From the NCBI GenBank assembly GCA_963801605.1, contig CAWDFP010000006.1:800001-864000 (forward strand): a DNA stretch of 64,000 nt. The letters run 5' to 3'. A model generated the notes under the pieces. That model ran no database searches. It worked only from the letters and a program-made list of their open reading frames with translations, and was not told the DNA's origin. A program made the translations under genes and the position numbers. Shown here in pieces: positions 49,104 through 59,962 of the stretch (position 1 is its first letter; each line of letters begins with the position of its first letter). Origin of the DNA: an uncultured candidate division Zixibacteria bacterium. GTDB lineage: Bacteria > Zixibacteria > MSB-5A5 > UBA10806.

Positions 49104-49685
49104 TCATTCAATCTGTCGAGGCATGTTTTGATTAATGAAAAGTGTCCCGATTTTATTGGGTGCAGCATTTTTTGCCAGAGTGTAAACGAGGCCTCCTAAT
49201 AAAATTCCATAGAGTGCGCCGGCAATAATGTCAAAAGGGTAATGCACCCCAAGATATACCCGGCTTATACTTATCAGGAATGCCAAAATATATAGGTAAA
49301 TTCGAGATCCTTTATAAAGAGTCCCTATAACTATAGCCTGACTAAAAGTATTGGCGGCATGAGATGATGGAAAGCCGTATCTTCCACCGCAGCCATCGAT
49401 TGTCCGCAGCCAGGCAATAGCTGGCTCCGCGTGACACGGCCTTAATCGCGCAAAAAGAGGTTTAAATATCAAATGTAGTGAACTGTCAACGATGATGGCC
49501 GTAATGATGCTTAAAACAATTAACCAGCGTCCCCTCGATCCGCCTTTCCAGAGAAGCAGGATTGCTATCACAAATAGGGGGGCAGCCCAGATTTTAAAAT
49601 TCCCGATATGACCGAAAATAAAATCAAGCACCGGATTAGCGATATCGACATTGATAAATTTCAAGACGGCTAAATCCAGCGGCAT
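49104..49685 (-). CDS. PAP2-family phosphatase
   Basis: KPLFARLRP, FPSSH, SRVYLGVHYPFD. Confidence 0.92.
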   Translation of the reverse strand: MPLDLAVLKFINVDIANPVLDFIFGHIGNFKIWAAPLFVIAILLLWKGGSRGRWLIVLSIITAIIVDSSLHLIFKPLFARLRPCHAEPAIAWLRTIDGCGGRYGFPSSHAANTFSQAIVIGTLYKGSRIYLYILAFLISISRVYLGVHYPFDIIAGALYGILLGGLVYTLAKNAAPNKIGTLFINQNMPRQIE

Positions 49686-49751
49686 TAGTGCTCCATATTT
49701 ATTGGAATCTCAGGGTAATGCTCCAGCAGATTGGTAACGCATCGTATCGTT

Positions 49752-50369
49752 CTATCGGAACTCAACCTGTCCGTTAGTGCCATCGTTGAGTTTGTTTTTA
49801 AAGGCTGTTGCCTGTGACGCCCGGACCTCGACAACAAAAGTAACATTATCGCTATATTGCGAGTCCTTAAGCTCGGCCTCGAAAGTGTTAATGATATTAT
49901 GCGCCACGTTGACAAAATCAAAACTGACATTAAATGTTACAACTTCAGTAAAGTATTTTTTCTCTATTTCGGCAGAACGAAGAATGTCTATTGCCATTTT
50001 ACCGTATGAGCGCATTAAGCCGCCAGTACCAAGTTTTACACCACCGAAATAACGGGTGACAACGATACATACATTCGATAAACCCCGAGCATCGATTGCC
50101 TTAAGAATCGGCAATCCCGCAGTTCCGGACGGTTCACCATCGTCGCTATAACGGTATCGTTGAGATCGTCCAATTCCAACTTTCCAGGCGAAGGCATTAT
50201 GAGTGGCATCATGGAACTCCTTTTTCATCTCTTCAATAAACGCCACAGCTTCACCTTCGCTGGCAACCGGCCTGGCAGTTGCGATAAAATGGCTGCCTTT
50301 TACCTTATCATCACAGCGACACTGCTGCTTCATCTGATAATATTGATCTTGCGATAATTTTAGAACCAT
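49752..50369 (-). CDS. yigZ: YigZ / IMPACT family protein
   Basis: DATHN, SDDGEPSGTAG, VTRYFGGVKLGTGGL. Confidence 0.92.
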   Translation of the reverse strand: MVLKLSQDQYYQMKQQCRCDDKVKGSHFIATARPVASEGEAVAFIEEMKKEFHDATHNAFAWKVGIGRSQRYRYSDDGEPSGTAGLPILKAIDARGLSNVCIVVTRYFGGVKLGTGGLMRSYGKMAIDILRSAEIEKKYFTEVVTFNVSFDFVNVAHNIINTFEAELKDSQYSDNVTFVVEVRASQATAFKNKLNDGTNGQVEFR

Positions 50370-50614
50370 TAGGTTTTCTCCGATGGAAACTGCCCTATAA
50401 GTCGTTCCACCCGACTTTTGTAGATTTGTCTAAAAAACTTCGTCATCTCAGGTTCCTGCCGAGAGAATTCCGAATCTATCCGATCGTATTCATCCCTGGC
50501 GCTCGAGGGAGAGATAACGCCCAAAACAATTAAATCGCATAGCCTGTCGGCCTGTCTTCGAGAAAATAGATAGCTATCTGAATAACCTTCCATACGGAAG
50601 TTACAATTATACAT
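50369..50614 (-). CDS. Small helical hypothetical protein
   Basis: Fills the gap between dprA and yigZ; its stop overlaps the yigZ start. Confidence 0.6.
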   Translation of the reverse strand: MYNCNFRMEGYSDSYLFSRRQADRLCDLIVLGVISPSSARDEYDRIDSEFSRQEPEMTKFFRQIYKSRVERLIGQFPSEKT

Positions 50615-50619
50615 AAAAA

Positions 50620-51492
50620 TTATACCATGTATTTAATTATTTCGTCAACCGCTTCAATTCCATTAATAGGTAACGCATTGCTATTCTTAATTGTTTCGCT
50701 ATCCAGGATCTGTTCGGGATCTGCAAAATAAAGCGGTTTGCCCTGCTTGAATGCGTACTGGGCAGTGCGAAGCTCACCCCGACGTATTGTCCCAATCTGC
50801 GATACGATTACAGCTTTGGAGAAAGCGGCGATAAGCCGGTTGCGAAGGATTAAGCGAACTGCTTTAACTCGTCGCTCCGGAGGATATTCAGAAACCAGCA
50901 GTCCTGAAACGGCAATATTCTCCGCCAGAGTGATGTTTTCAGGAGGATAAATATTATAGAAGCCGCATCCCAGTACTGCGATAGTGGATCCCTGATATTT
51001 CAGAGCGCTCAAATGAGCTGCACTGTCAATCCCGATTGCCAGGCCCGAAACAACGCCGACGCCGCGTTTAACAAACTCCCTGGTTAAATCGATCGTTAGG
51101 CGTATCCCTTCCTGGGTCGCCTGAGTGGTACCTACTAAGGCAACATAATCATTTTTGAGAGCCTCGAGATTTCCCTTAAAATACAAAACGGGAGGAGGAT
51201 CGCCAATTTCGCGTAAAAGTTCAGGGTAATCATCGTCAAAGAAAGTGGTAGTATAAATCCCTTGATTGTCGAACTCTTCAATCTTTTTCTCAAACTCACC
51301 GATATGATCAAGAGATTTAAATATCTTCTCAAGTCCGTCCTCTCCGATTCGGGGAATATCTTCGAAATCCTCTGGCCGGGCACTTAAGACATTTTCCGGC
51401 GGGCCCACTCGCATCAGGATTTGCTGAAAAGTCTTGGGACCAACTCCCCCGATCTCGGTTAGAGCCATTATTATTGATTTTCTGCTATTCAT
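50620..51492 (-). CDS. dprA: DNA-processing protein DprA/Smf
   Basis: N-terminal HhH (GVGPK), YPELLREIGDPPPVLYFKG, VSGLAIGIDSAAH, RNRLIAA. Confidence 0.88.
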   Translation of the reverse strand: MNSRKSIIMALTEIGGVGPKTFQQILMRVGPPENVLSARPEDFEDIPRIGEDGLEKIFKSLDHIGEFEKKIEEFDNQGIYTTTFFDDDYPELLREIGDPPPVLYFKGNLEALKNDYVALVGTTQATQEGIRLTIDLTREFVKRGVGVVSGLAIGIDSAAHLSALKYQGSTIAVLGCGFYNIYPPENITLAENIAVSGLLVSEYPPERRVKAVRLILRNRLIAAFSKAVIVSQIGTIRRGELRTAQYAFKQGKPLYFADPEQILDSETIKNSNALPINGIEAVDEIIKYMV

Positions 51493-51759
51493 AAAATAAT
51501 TGTTCTATTTCATTAATGATTTTCAATGAAAATGCTTACACCGGAAATTGTCATCGCAGCCCCATACCGGTATCCAGCCGTTTATCAAGCAACCCTAAAT
51601 TATTCGGTCAAAGAACTTTTTTCGCCAGCAGTATTACGCGGAATTTTCCCAATTCGATACCCAAAATTATCCGGCGAAGGTCACACCCGGCAAAAGTTGC
51701 GGAATAAGAAAAGGGCCTATAATTCAACTAATTTATTATACGCTTAATGCTAACCAAAG

Positions 51760-53064
51760 TCAATTTCGTCCGGCCAAAACCGGTGGCGGTGGAGGCGCCG
51801 GAGCCGGATTATCCAGCAGCGGACGGTATTGGGTTACAACTTTTAGGAATTCCGCTTTGTCCTGATCTTTAATTGGCAACGATGCCGGCAAAATCAGTTT
51901 CAGGGGATCGATAAATCGTCCATTTTTGGTGATCCGATAATCAAGATGGGGTCCCGTACTCTGACCCGTTGAACCGACAAATCCAATCAACTGCCCCTGA
52001 TCGACATGATCGCCCAGGCCCAGTCCTCGGGCAAAACCTTTAAGATGACCGTAGCAGGTGACCAAATTCGATGGATGTCTTATCTCCAGATAATTCCCAA
52101 ATCCGGATTTCCATCCCTTGTAGATAACATGTCCCTCGCCTGGCGCGACCACGGGTGTTCCTGACGCTGCGGCATAATCCACTCCAAGGTGGGGACGATA
52201 AATTTTCATAATGGGATGTAAGCGGCTCATAGAAAAACGCGATGATATTCGCCGATAATTTAATGGCGATTTGAGGAACGATTTCCGAAGGCAATACCCT
52301 TTTTCGTCAAAATAGTCGCTATGTCCGGTGGAATCTGTATATAGGAATGCCCGGTGGGGGACACCGCCAAGATAATATTGCGCCGCCAGTATTTTCCCGG
52401 GCCTTACGAAAATGCTGTCTTTTTCAAATGTTTCGAAAATTAAACTAAATTTATCGCCCACTCTCGGCTCGGTCAGGAAGTCAATCTCGGAGCCAAAGAT
52501 ATCGGCCAGGTCGGTGAATATTTCCATGTCCGGCAGGATAGGCAAAAGCGCATCCCAGAGGCTTGTTTCGATAACGCCTTCCACACGCTGTACTTTTCTG
52601 TCGAGTCCAATTTCGTTAACAGTGGCGACATAATCATTTCCATCGCGATCGAGTCGGTAACGTTTCCAGTCGCTGGTAAGATATTCGAATGCGAGGATGG
52701 TATCGCCATGGCCCATGAAAAGCATAAATTTATCGCCGGGTTTAGAACCGCGCAGATCAAAGAGGCGCGAAAAGCGAGTCGTAAGCCCGGATATTAGAGT
52801 TTTCGGAAGCGGCCAGTTAAGCAGTTCGGAGTAGAGACTGGAATTACGCGTAATTGTTCCGCTATAGATATTTGCTATGCTAAGTGATTCCGTATAAGCC
52901 GTGCTATCGCTAACCGCAACGGATTCGGCTGGAAGTGAACCCGTCCTGTAAGTTTTCTGGAGAATTCCAGCCAGTAAAAAGATGAGAAAGCACGTTCCAA
53001 TAGATGTAATTTTCGCGCGTAATCTGCGATGTTTCTTAACGTTCGTAGTATCGATTATCTTCAA
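51760..53064 (-). CDS. M23-family peptidoglycan endopeptidase
   Basis: HLGVD, YGHL, STGPHLDY; N-terminal TM. Confidence 0.9.
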   Translation of the reverse strand: MKIIDTTNVKKHRRLRAKITSIGTCFLIFLLAGILQKTYRTGSLPAESVAVSDSTAYTESLSIANIYSGTITRNSSLYSELLNWPLPKTLISGLTTRFSRLFDLRGSKPGDKFMLFMGHGDTILAFEYLTSDWKRYRLDRDGNDYVATVNEIGLDRKVQRVEGVIETSLWDALLPILPDMEIFTDLADIFGSEIDFLTEPRVGDKFSLIFETFEKDSIFVRPGKILAAQYYLGGVPHRAFLYTDSTGHSDYFDEKGYCLRKSFLKSPLNYRRISSRFSMSRLHPIMKIYRPHLGVDYAAASGTPVVAPGEGHVIYKGWKSGFGNYLEIRHPSNLVTCYGHLKGFARGLGLGDHVDQGQLIGFVGSTGQSTGPHLDYRITKNGRFIDPLKLILPASLPIKDQDKAEFLKVVTQYRPLLDNPAPAPPPPPVLAGRN

Positions 53065-53066
53065 AA

Positions 53067-54648
53067 TTACCTTTCGCCAAAAATTTCAGCCTGAAAAACG
53101 TACAGTTCTGTTTGATCACTTCTCCAGCTTGAACTGGTAAGGCCTGCTTTAAGGCAGGCATGATCCAAATAGGTCGTTCGATCCCAACCCTGCTCGACAG
53201 GCACCTGAGGCAGGAGGACACCGGCATAGTTCCCCCGTTTTACATACAGGCCATCCCTGCCGACCATGACAGAATCGGAATTATATATTCTTTTCATCGG
53301 CGTTAAAACAGAAATCTCAATATCGATCGAATTTATTTCGCTTTCGGCCAGGGGTCGGAAACGGTAGTCCGAAAAGGCCGCTTGCCGGGCCATTTCAGCC
53401 ACAACTTGAAATAACGGGCCGCCGGGGTGAAAAGTCCCTATACAGCCGCGCAGTTCACCTTCCTCGTGAAGAGTCACAAATGCACCCAATGGCACTCTTT
53501 AGGGATGCTGGCATATCTTTGGGAAAGGTGATTTCTTTACCCTCCAAGCGCGTTTGGATTGATTTTCGTGCGATAGAGAGCAGCAAGTTTTTATCATCCG
53601 GTCCCAGCCCAAAATCTGCTCCACTTGTAGTCGCCGGGTTTGATACTGAATCCGATTTTTCCCCGGCTTTGGAGGAATTGCCTTCCTCCTCTAACTCAAT
53701 TTCAATAACTTTGTCGTCGCCGCTTTTATAAACCACTGCCGATAGATATCCAACTACGCTATCCTTATCTCCATTAGCGTCGCTGGAATCACCAAGGCCG
53801 GTAATTTTGGCGCTATCGGCGCCCATTCTCTGAGCCGCCATAAGAGCGGCGATGATGGGACCTCCTCCGCACGCCTCGGTTTTTTGTGTTTCGAGATCGT
53901 CAGTAAGCTTTTTGAAATTGTACTTTTCTATATCTTCGGCGATCACGGAGTCAAGCAAGGCGGCAGTAATCCGATCGTGAAAATGCGATAGGTCAGACGA
54001 TGCAACAATAAGTACATCATCACGGCCTCCTACCGCATTGGCTATGGCCTGAGCCAGAGCGTTACAGGTTGCCTGGTCCTGATCGCCCATGACAATCGCG
54101 ACCAGATTGAATTTACCAAGTGTCATTTGAAGGAACGGAAGTTGAACCTCAAGAGCATGCTCGGACCTGGCCCCGCTGTTAATATGTCCCTTATCCGACA
54201 ATGAAATCAGGCCACCAAAGGATGCGATCTTCTTCGCCAACTCCTGATCGATCGGAATTTCACCCAGCGGAGTGCTATAGGCCTTTCCCCCGAAAACTGA
54301 GACACCTTTAAAGTAGGTTGTGTGCGAGGGTGAAATAACAATGACGCTATTATATTCCTCACCCTCGAGCACCTTATAGGCCTTAGCCGCGATAGCGCCG
54401 GAGTAGATATAACCGGCGTGCGGCGCTATAATCGCAAATGGCTTACCGGCTAATTGCGGTTTGGGTGCAGCGTGAAAAAATTCCGCCAGCGTCTTGGCCA
54501 GCTCAGAAGGTGATCCGGGATAAAAACCTCCGGCAACGGCCGCCGGCCTGACATAATTTGTATCTATATTGCTCAAATCTACCTCGCCATAGGCGCTCGT
54601 ACTGATCGCCAGAGCCACTATATATATTATCGGCACACAAATTTTCAT
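53067..54648 (-). CDS. AmmeMemoRadiSam protein B (Memo-like) fused to protein A (AMMECR1); split by one extra base near 53497
   Basis: RPAAVAGGFYP, PHAGY, EHALEVQLPFL, SSDLSH, CGG; then GAFVTL, LRGCIG, LLPQV, KAG. Frames join as PASLK-VPLGAFVTL. Confidence 0.88.
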
Positions 54649-54847
54649 AATTTATTGGCTCCACGAGCGAAAATATTCCTATTACAGGTGCCTGTCAAGG
54701 TTTTTTAGCTCTCAGTCGCGCCTTCTTCACCCTCGGTGAATGCAATCAATCAAAGTTAATGCCTTATCATGTTTTAGCTGATCAAATTAAATTTTCGTGC
54801 TTTTGGTGTTTTACATGGACGGCTTAATGTGCTATTTTATATCCGAG

Positions 54848-55735
54848 ATGAAGGCAGCCATAGTTGTAAATCCTGTAAGCGGAAAGGGAAAATCCTTGGG
54901 GATTTTGCCCAGGGTCGTCGAATGGTGTCAGCAGCAAGGAATCGAATTTCGGATTTTTCCAACTACTGAACCGGGAGATGGCGCCTATCAGGCTCGAACG
55001 GCTCGCGCCGCGGGATTCGAACGCGTGATTGTTTTGGGTGGTGATGGTACCATCAATGAGGTTGGCCAGGCTTTAGTCGGAACTGATACACTCGTGGGAA
55101 TTTTGCCAGGTGGCTCGGGCAATGATTTTTATAAAATGCTGGGGAAAAAGTCCAGTCTTGAAGAAGCGATGAAGACCGCATTTTTAGGTGTTCCCCATGA
55201 GATTGATTTTGGGCTTGCCAATGGAAGGCCGTTTTTTAATGTCGTGGGAGCCGGGTTCGACGCCCAGGTGGCCGCAGAAGCGGTTAAGTCGAAGGCTTTT
55301 TCAGGTTTTCTAAAATATTTATCGGCGGTGTTTAAGGTCTGGCGCACTTACGAACCTCTGCCGCTGGAAATTGAACTCGATGCCTTTAAGATCAGCCAGA
55401 ATGTCACTCTGGTCTCAGTGGGAAACGGTCGATGTTCCGGAGGCGGTTTTCATTTGACCCCGCAGGCCAAATTTGACGATGGCCTTTTCGATATTTGTAT
55501 CATGGAGTATCTTCCAAAATCGAAAATATTTAGTGTCCTGCCGCGAGCCTTAAAAGGAACCCATGTCAGGCTTAACAGCGTAAGAGTTTATAGAAGCAAG
55601 CGGATCATTCTCAAATCATCCAAAGGTTTTCCGGTACATATCGATGGGGAACCATCGCCGGGGCCGCTGGAAAAGCTTGAGATCACAATTGATAAGCGAA
55701 AATTAAAAATCTCGGTCGATGAAGAAACCAGGTAA
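54848..55735 (+). CDS. Diacylglycerol/lipid kinase family (YegS/DgkB-like)
   Basis: NPVSG, GGDGT, PGGSGND, DDG, DGE motifs. Confidence 0.92.
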   Translation: MKAAIVVNPVSGKGKSLGILPRVVEWCQQQGIEFRIFPTTEPGDGAYQARTARAAGFERVIVLGGDGTINEVGQALVGTDTLVGILPGGSGNDFYKMLGKKSSLEEAMKTAFLGVPHEIDFGLANGRPFFNVVGAGFDAQVAAEAVKSKAFSGFLKYLSAVFKVWRTYEPLPLEIELDAFKISQNVTLVSVGNGRCSGGGFHLTPQAKFDDGLFDICIMEYLPKSKIFSVLPRALKGTHVRLNSVRVYRSKRIILKSSKGFPVHIDGEPSPGPLEKLEITIDKRKLKISVDEETR

Positions 55736-56231
55736 AAAAGCCTCTCTCTTTATAACCGTAGTAATGCTGATTGTTACTTTTTCGGGCATCTCGTACGGTC
55801 AGCGCCCCGACAGCCTGCATGTTAGAAAAGTGAATCCCACCGGGGCGCTGCTTAGATCGGCATTTGTACCGGGTTGGGGTCAATTTTATAACAGGAAATA
55901 TATCAAAGCGACAATCTTCGCGGGGGGAGAGGGTTACCTCATATATGGGATCGCCAAATACTGGAGAGACGCTAATCATCACAGATCCAATTTCGAACAT
56001 TCGAGCGATTACGCCTTTCAATCATCTGAATTCGATAAATATACCACCGCTCGCGACAGCCGGAACTTAAGGCTCTGGCTTATGGCGGCCTCGATTTTTT
56101 ATTCCATGTTCGACGCTTACGTCGATGCCCAACTTTCCGATTTCAATCAAACCGATAAAGCTTACCAGGTCTTCCTATCTCCCGCTCCAAGCGATGGCCT
56201 GCAGTTAGTTTTAAACATAAAAATCAAATGA
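55719..56231 (+). CDS. DUF5683-like membrane protein
   Basis: SAFVPGWGQFYNRKYIKA and DAYVDAQL motifs. Confidence 0.8.
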   Translation: MKKPGKKASLFITVVMLIVTFSGISYGQRPDSLHVRKVNPTGALLRSAFVPGWGQFYNRKYIKATIFAGGEGYLIYGIAKYWRDANHHRSNFEHSSDYAFQSSEFDKYTTARDSRNLRLWLMAASIFYSMFDAYVDAQLSDFNQTDKAYQVFLSPAPSDGLQLVLNIKIK

Positions 56232-56821
56232 ACATCGTAGGATTTTCGGGGAGCGCTACAGGCGGGTCCTCAACGGATCTTTTAATAAGCGCAGTCATTG
56301 AGGGCGCCTCAGCTCCGAATATCACAGCACGATTTTTTCGACTAAACGAACGGCAGATTATTCCCTGTCAGGCGTGCGGAATATCTCCCGAACCGGAGTA
56401 CTGTTTTTTTCACGATGGTATGGATGATCTTTTCAAAGCAATGGAAAAAAGCGATGGCATAATTCTTGGTTCGCCGATCTATTTCGATTCGGTCTCCGCA
56501 CAAACCAAGCTCTTTATAGATCGCACTAACTGCCTACGGCCGGCTGATTTTTCCGATCCATCGGTACAGAAATTCAAAGAGCCGCGTTTTAAGGGAAAGA
56601 AGGGCGGCATAATCTTGGTGGCCGGTGATTATGGTAAATTTGAGAATGCATTGCGAGTGATGCACGCCTTTTTCATCTGGGCGGGGATTGAGATAGTATT
56701 TGAGATTCTCTATCGCACTAAAAGTCTCAATGTTGGCGAAGTGAAAGACGATATTGCCAGGCTCGATGAATCTCGCGAGGCGGGGAAGAATCTTCGACAG
56801 GCGATAAACAAGACCCCATAA
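56228..56821 (+). CDS. Flavodoxin-fold iron-sulfur flavoprotein / FMN reductase family
   Basis: GS...GSST, CQAC...C..HD, GSPIYF, KLFIDR. Confidence 0.88.
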   Translation: MNIVGFSGSATGGSSTDLLISAVIEGASAPNITARFFRLNERQIIPCQACGISPEPEYCFFHDGMDDLFKAMEKSDGIILGSPIYFDSVSAQTKLFIDRTNCLRPADFSDPSVQKFKEPRFKGKKGGIILVAGDYGKFENALRVMHAFFIWAGIEIVFEILYRTKSLNVGEVKDDIARLDESREAGKNLRQAINKTP

Positions 56822-56978
56822 AATACTTTAATTAAATCCATTTATTTCTTGCCAAACATATATAGTAAATATTATTAATTATTAGCGATAAGCATCTTTG
56901 AATTTACTTCTCTTGTGATCGCAAGTTGGGATTTTACTTTTGTTGATTGGCTTTTGATCTTGTTGGGGGCAATGGTAT

Positions 56979-57228
56979 ATGCCTGATCCTTTTTTCGGTA
57001 CCCCTCCTCCATACGATCCCGATAGCGACGATTTGGATGGCGACGATGTGCCTGATAAATTGGAACCAGGCTTTAGGATTTAACCCTTATGATCCTGACA
57101 CAGATCATGACGGAGTAGACGATTTTGAAGAATTAGGATACGGAGCGGCTTACCGTCTGGCTATGCACAGCGCGAGCAAATGGAAAGAGAGTTTTACAAA
57201 ATATCCAGGCTTATTATGGCGCCGGTAG
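56979..57228 (+). CDS. Small acidic protein with bacterial TSP3-type Ca-binding repeats (one extra base near 57066)
   Basis: Corrected frame reads MPDPFFGTPPPYDPDSDDLDGDDVPDKLE-QALGFNPYDPDTDHDGVDDFEELG...; GGGGG RBS upstream. Confidence 0.6.
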
Positions 57229-57247
57229 CCAAAGTCGGTTTTTCTAA

Positions 57248-58268
57248 TTATTGGCTTTGCGCCTGAATCTTATAAAGATATTCTTTTGAGTGCTGGAAAG
57301 TGCTTTTGTGCCGTTCGCGGATATCCTTGGATGGATTATAAGCGAGGATAGCGTCAAACTGCGCTCTTGCCGAGGCATAGTCCTTCAAATTGAAATCGCA
57401 AATACCCTTACGATAGCGGCAGTAAATTATATTATAGCCGTTTTGGTTTCCCGCCTTCTCAAGCGATCCAACAATTCGGCCATAATAATCTGATGCCTTC
57501 TTGAGATTGCCGTTAGCCCAATAAATGCCGGCCAATAACCAAAGCGTTGTGCGTCCCCCAGATGATACATTCGTTAAGATGATTGGCAATTTTAAGCGCC
57601 TCAGAATATTTCCGCTCATTGAGCAGAGCCCAGGAGTATGCAATCCCCGCTGCTTTCGATGAGATAAGCGAGCTATCCATTGCCAGCTTTAGCTCCTGTA
57701 GACCTTCGGGACGGTTATCCGAGACGAAAGGAAATACCTTTTTAAGCTTAACCGATGACCAATAGTGGTAGCTTCCGATTCCCGTATAGCTGTCATATAG
57801 AGTCGAATCCAGCCTGAGAGCGTCCGAGAATCTGGCCTTAGCCTTTAGCCCGGAAAGAAGCGATTTGAGCCAGCTTTTCTTTTGTCCCAACCAAACCGAT
57901 TTATAGCCATAAGCGGAACCCCAGAAAAAATAGCCCCAGGCGTCATTTGGATTTTTGTCGATCCAGCGCTCCAGGGCATCGTTGGCGCTATCGACATGAT
58001 TCATAAACTCCTTTTCGTGGCTGTAATCCTCGCCATCCATCATCTGGGCATGCAGGATACTTGCATACAGGAGATGATAGATTGGCTGTCCGGGAATTGT
58101 ATCATTAATCTGCGCCGCCGTGACAAAGGCCTCAGGAAAGCTATCAGAAAATACATAATCGACTGTCTTAAGAAGGATAGATAACTCTGGCTCTTCGGGT
58201 TTTAGGGTCGCCCCATTTGAGGATGTAATCGCTGCCAGGATAAGTATGAAAATTAACCGTTTCACCAT
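57248..58268 (-). CDS. Exported TPR protein (split by one extra base near 57570)
   Basis: Signal peptide MVKRLIFILILAA; TPR-like helices; frames join as HLNE-VSSGGRTTLW. Confidence 0.8.
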
Positions 58269-58563
58269 CTTATTTGCTCTTTTTAGTCCGATACCCACCA
58301 CACATTATAGTAGTGTTATCGGCAAAATACTCAGATTACCTTTCGCTTTTTACCCGTTTTTTTGCAAAATGCGATTTTCCCCAATTCGCATAGATTATAT
58401 GATAATAGATAATCTCCAGCCATAAAACCCAAAACACTCGAATATAATAACATAAAAAATTCAATTTAATTTTAATCCGGCATTAAATTTCCATGAAGAA
58501 GTGACGAAAAACAAGCAGAGCCTGATTTATTGGTAAATAGACAAACTTGGAGGGAGACAGGCG

Positions 58564-59874
58564 ATGACCAGCATATTAGTGGTCGACGATCAGAAAGCAC
58601 AGCGAAAAAATCTCGCATTCTACTTAAAAAGTCAGGGCTATGATGTTGATACCGCCGAAGCGGGTGAAGATGCGTTGGCCAAACTTGAATCGAATTGTTT
58701 CGATTTGGTCATTACCGATTACAAAATGGATGACGTTTCCGGTCTGGATCTGATGAAAAAAGGCCAAAAAATCAGGCCATCAACAGAATTTATTATCATC
58801 ACTGGTTATGGAAACATTCCTTTGGCGGTCGACTCCATTCGCGAGGGAGCTGCCGATTTTATCTCCAAGCCGTTTGAATTTGCCACTATTTTGGATGCGA
58901 TTCATAGAATTCAAAAACGAAATCAAGTTAAGGCATCAAGCGATGATGGCGCGCTTCAAATCGTGGCCCATTCTCAGAAAATGAAAGAAATTGCAGATCT
59001 CGCGATCAAAGCCGCCGCGTCCGATATCTCGGTCCTCATTGAAGGCGAAGTTGGTACCGGCAAAGAACTTTTTGCCCGCATTGTACATAATCAGAGTCAG
59101 CATGGCCGTTTGCCGCTTCAGGTGATCGACTGCACCGATTCAGAACAGGAATTGGACCGGGAGTTATTTGGTTCCTCCGATGGCGCCAAAGGCGCTTTAT
59201 CATTAGCTAACAACGGCACGCTTCTTCTTCGTGATATAGAACAGCTTTCATCCAAGCTCCAGGCCAGGCTCTTGCGTTATCTAAGAGAAGGGATTTTCGC
59301 GCCAGCAGACAGCGCTTCCGTTAAAAAATCCAACGCTCGAATAATTGCAACCTCCACGAAAAATCTTAAGCAACTGGTTCAGTCCGAAACTTTCCGCGAG
59401 GATCTTTACTATCTGTTAAGCGTGTTTCCCGTTTATATCCCGCCACTTCGAAGCTGTAGCGAGGATATTCAGCCTTTGATAAAACACTTCCTGGCCAAAT
59501 ATGCTGCTAAAAATCAAAAAGATATCAAAGTGGTAGCGCCCGAGGTAACTTCCTGGATGATAAATTATGAGTGGCCCGGAAATGTTCAGGAAATGGAAAA
59601 CATTATCTCCCGCGCCTGCGTTCTGGCCTCGGGGGATATCCTCGATGAATCCCTGATTTTCACCCTGCCACAGGATCGCCCGGAAGATAACGATGAGGAT
59701 GCATTCCTCAATATTACCCTAAAGGATAATCAGAGGACTTTGATCCTCAAAGCCCTCAAGCAAAATGATGGCAATTATTCACGCACAGCCACCCAGCTTG
59801 GCATTTCGCGTACCACGCTTTGGCGACGGATAAAACGATTTCGTATCGAGGGGCTGCCTGTCGAATCTCGCTGA
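58564..59874 (+). CDS. NtrC-like response regulator (REC-AAA+-Fis HTH) lacking GAFTGA
   Basis: Receiver; GEVGTGKE; FREDLYY; WPGNVQE; LGISRTTLWR. Confidence 0.9.
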   Translation: MTSILVVDDQKAQRKNLAFYLKSQGYDVDTAEAGEDALAKLESNCFDLVITDYKMDDVSGLDLMKKGQKIRPSTEFIIITGYGNIPLAVDSIREGAADFISKPFEFATILDAIHRIQKRNQVKASSDDGALQIVAHSQKMKEIADLAIKAAASDISVLIEGEVGTGKELFARIVHNQSQHGRLPLQVIDCTDSEQELDRELFGSSDGAKGALSLANNGTLLLRDIEQLSSKLQARLLRYLREGIFAPADSASVKKSNARIIATSTKNLKQLVQSETFREDLYYLLSVFPVYIPPLRSCSEDIQPLIKHFLAKYAAKNQKDIKVVAPEVTSWMINYEWPGNVQEMENIISRACVLASGDILDESLIFTLPQDRPEDNDEDAFLNITLKDNQRTLILKALKQNDGNYSRTATQLGISRTTLWRRIKRFRIEGLPVESR

Positions 59875-59902
59875 CCCGGGATTGCAGGAGCAAATCCCTC
59901 AT

Positions 59903-59931
59903 AAAGGGGCGAGTCACCTCGCCCTTTTTTT
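59903..59931 (+). terminator. Intrinsic terminator
   Basis: GGGCGAG tcac CTCGCCC followed by T7. Confidence 0.85.
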
Positions 59932-59962
59932 ATTTCAGGTTTTCATCGTAGATAACCGATCC

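Noticed and set aside
47919..51492. Anti-phage defence locus (macro domain, CPBP/Abi, DprA-like)
   Set aside because: All look like ordinary housekeeping family members in an operon with yigZ and a PAP2 phosphatase; no toxin, nuclease or mobility signal.
58478..58493. Sigma-54 promoter upstream of the NtrC-like gene
   Set aside because: GG-N10-CC instead of GG-N10-GC; too weak to call.
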